64,000 bases of DNA. It comes from Ostrea edulis. Taxonomy: Eukaryota. The stretch covers positions 88,164,001 to 88,228,000 of the forward strand of contig NC_079165.1 of assembly GCF_947568905.1 (NCBI RefSeq), in the 5' to 3' direction. Both the position numbers and the translations under genes were made by a program. How positions within the stretch are numbered: position 1 is the stretch's first letter; each line of letters starts with the position of its first letter. The notes under the pieces were generated by a model that did no database searches, was not told where the DNA came from, and saw nothing but the letters and a program-made list of their open reading frames with translations. This document shows positions 61,709 to 64,000 of the stretch, piece after piece.

Positions 61709-64000
61709 ATACTGATGTCTTAACATGAATGTTATTTGGTTTCAGAAAAGTAATATTATCTACGATATACAGTGAAACTTCTCTAAACCGGTTGGCTCTC
61801 GGACCAAAAAAAACCCCAAACAAACAAAAACAAAAACAAAACAAAAAACGACCGGTTTAGAGGGGTGGTCGGTTTATCGAGAATTTAGCATTTATAGACA
61901 TTTTATATCAATTTTCACAAAGTAGGTACTGTTCACTTTGTTCTGGTGATCTATGATCAATTATCGGTGGAGATCAAATTAGTCCGCTTGTACCTACAGG
62001 TAATTATTACAAGAAATATTCTCGTTGAAATCATCTAATTTTAAAATGAATATCTATAACAGGATACATAAAGAAAACACAGAGGCCTATTATTGGAATT
62101 TCTCTTACCTGTTTATATTCATCGCTTATATCATTAGCAAATTTGTTTTGACGTTTTTGAAAAGTACAGTGGTAAATATGAAATTGTAATTTTAATATTT
62201 CTTAGGAATTTTAGTCTTTGGAAACCAAGAAAATTAATTTAATTTATCTTTTATTAATTATCATTAACAGTCATGGTTTTTTTTTTTTTTTTTTTTATTA
62301 ACCACCGCTTATATCCATAGGGTAGTATGGTACAACAACATGGCGTTTGATACTGTATTAATGTATTTTCAAAAATGAAATATATTTCTTATATTTACAT
62401 TCTATTTTCATTTCTATCGGAATTCCCAGCCGTTTAAATAGTAATGCTATATTGATCGGGATTCATACGCACATCGTTCACATTCACGAATAAATGGCTA
62501 TCCTTTCAATTGGTAAAAATATCGATGGCAAAACATTGGCAATATAATATATAGAGATACAGTACCCGGATGTATCCGTGCACACGATATTACATGTTTT
62601 GCATAATGATTATATTCTAGTATTATGGTAAACATGTGATTAAATATGTAAAAATTAAATGGGTTGCAAATATCATTGATGTACGTGATTCGACGTTTTC
62701 TGTGTGATCGACATGTAAAACATTTCCTTGTAGACTAACGAACGTATCAAAGACATGTGCATATAACTACAGATTTTTAAAGCAGTTTTGTTATATCGAT
62801 GTAAACTCTTTAGTTTGATTGCTTTATTTTAAGCTTTAAATCCTGAGTGAGTTTGAGTACATTACTACAAACTACATTATCCAGAGAAAATCTGTATTTC
62901 AGCTTGATTCATCTAATTAGTTGTTTAGTGGCCCCAATGCAGAGTTGGTTAGAATCTTCTGGTGAAATAAACCTGATACGACCCGATAACCACATTATTG
63001 AGAAAGTAAAAGGGACTAATGGCCGTAGGATTCCATCATCCTCCCGGACAGCCTCGCCAAAATGCATTAGTTATATTTCTCTTATTTTCGTTATTTAATT
63101 TTCCTTCTTACAAATCTACTCTACTCTGTTGGAAAACTTAATTATGGGAAAACATTTTCTTTTTCTTTGAGATCATAGTACATAAAAAAGTAAGAATGTT
63201 GACAAGTTTGTTATATAACTCAAACAGCTACAGTTACATATGTTACTCTGTAAATAACAACCATGTTCTTCCTCCAAAAATATTGTAAAATCAGTTATTT
63301 TAATTATTTGCATAGCCTTCCGGGGTCTAATGCGTGTATTAGCCGCAGCACCAACATTACTTCGGTGCCTCCTCGTGAGTGCCCGCGGAGTGGCGATTAG
63401 ACGATGTCGGGAAGAATTAAAATCTGTTCTACACGATTTTCACATTTAGTTTAATGAGGAAGTTTTTCTATACCTTCCGTATTTTTAAGTTTCACAACAA
63501 ATTGTAACACAAACGTCACTAAAAAGAACCCCAACAAAATGAAGCAGCCAAGTTCTGTTGTTTTATGATCGATGATCTTCAGCGATTCATGCTATTAGGA
63601 TTATTATTAGTGATGACCTAGATAATATGATGACCAGTATTATTGGATAGATACCAGGATGTCGTCAATTCAGATCATTTTCTGATGAGCAACATTCAAT
63701 TTGATTTTTAATTGCATTGTTGTGTAGCCATTAAAGGAAGCCCGAGATATGACAAATAAGTGCCGCAATACAGTACAATTTCATTTTCTAATATAGAACG
63801 CGTCTATCAGGGGTCCTTCTGTCCTTTGTATAATTATATCCTCTTGGCGAACTTCAGTACCTGAGCCCGATCTTTTCCCGAATATATCCCGAATACGAGA
63901 GAGCCAGATCAATACGAAATTTCCGAGTTGCCCTATAGTTTTCCCCTTTGTTGAACTCTTATGTACGGTGAGAAGCAAATCATATTCATCCACATGTGGT

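Noticed and set aside
60087-63780. Upstream GPCR exons (TM1-TM2)
   Set aside because: No GN..V or LA.SD-type coding segment found by eye; they probably lie beyond the window.

Overview
AT-rich, intron-containing animal genomic DNA, most likely a bivalve (oyster-like; inferred from gene families and repeat types, not a database search). Three minus-strand host genes can be rebuilt by hand with phase-consistent GT-AG junctions. (1) A type II membrane copper amine oxidase (2 coding exons, 799 aa). (2) A 13-exon, 894-aa Ig-superfamily receptor (signal peptide, V-like Ig, 6 more Ig, FN3, TM, tail with four Tyr motifs). (3) The last two exons (TM3 to C-terminus) of a CCK/sulfakinin-type GPCR. The rest is mostly decayed LINEs, Penelope-like (PLE) 3' fragments, tRNA-derived SINEs, Tc1 and Harbinger relics, TIR/TSD-defined MITEs, Helitron-like hairpin ends and minisatellites. 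Most notable: a near-perfect 212-bp-arm palindrome in an intron of the Ig gene carrying a minimal hammerhead ribozyme on each strand; a second hammerhead (53.8 kb) with compensatory core (U3-A8) and stem changes; the unusual Ig receptor; and non-canonical catalytic or signalling motifs in the oxidase and GPCR. No CRISPR array, rRNA or intact tRNA gene is supported.
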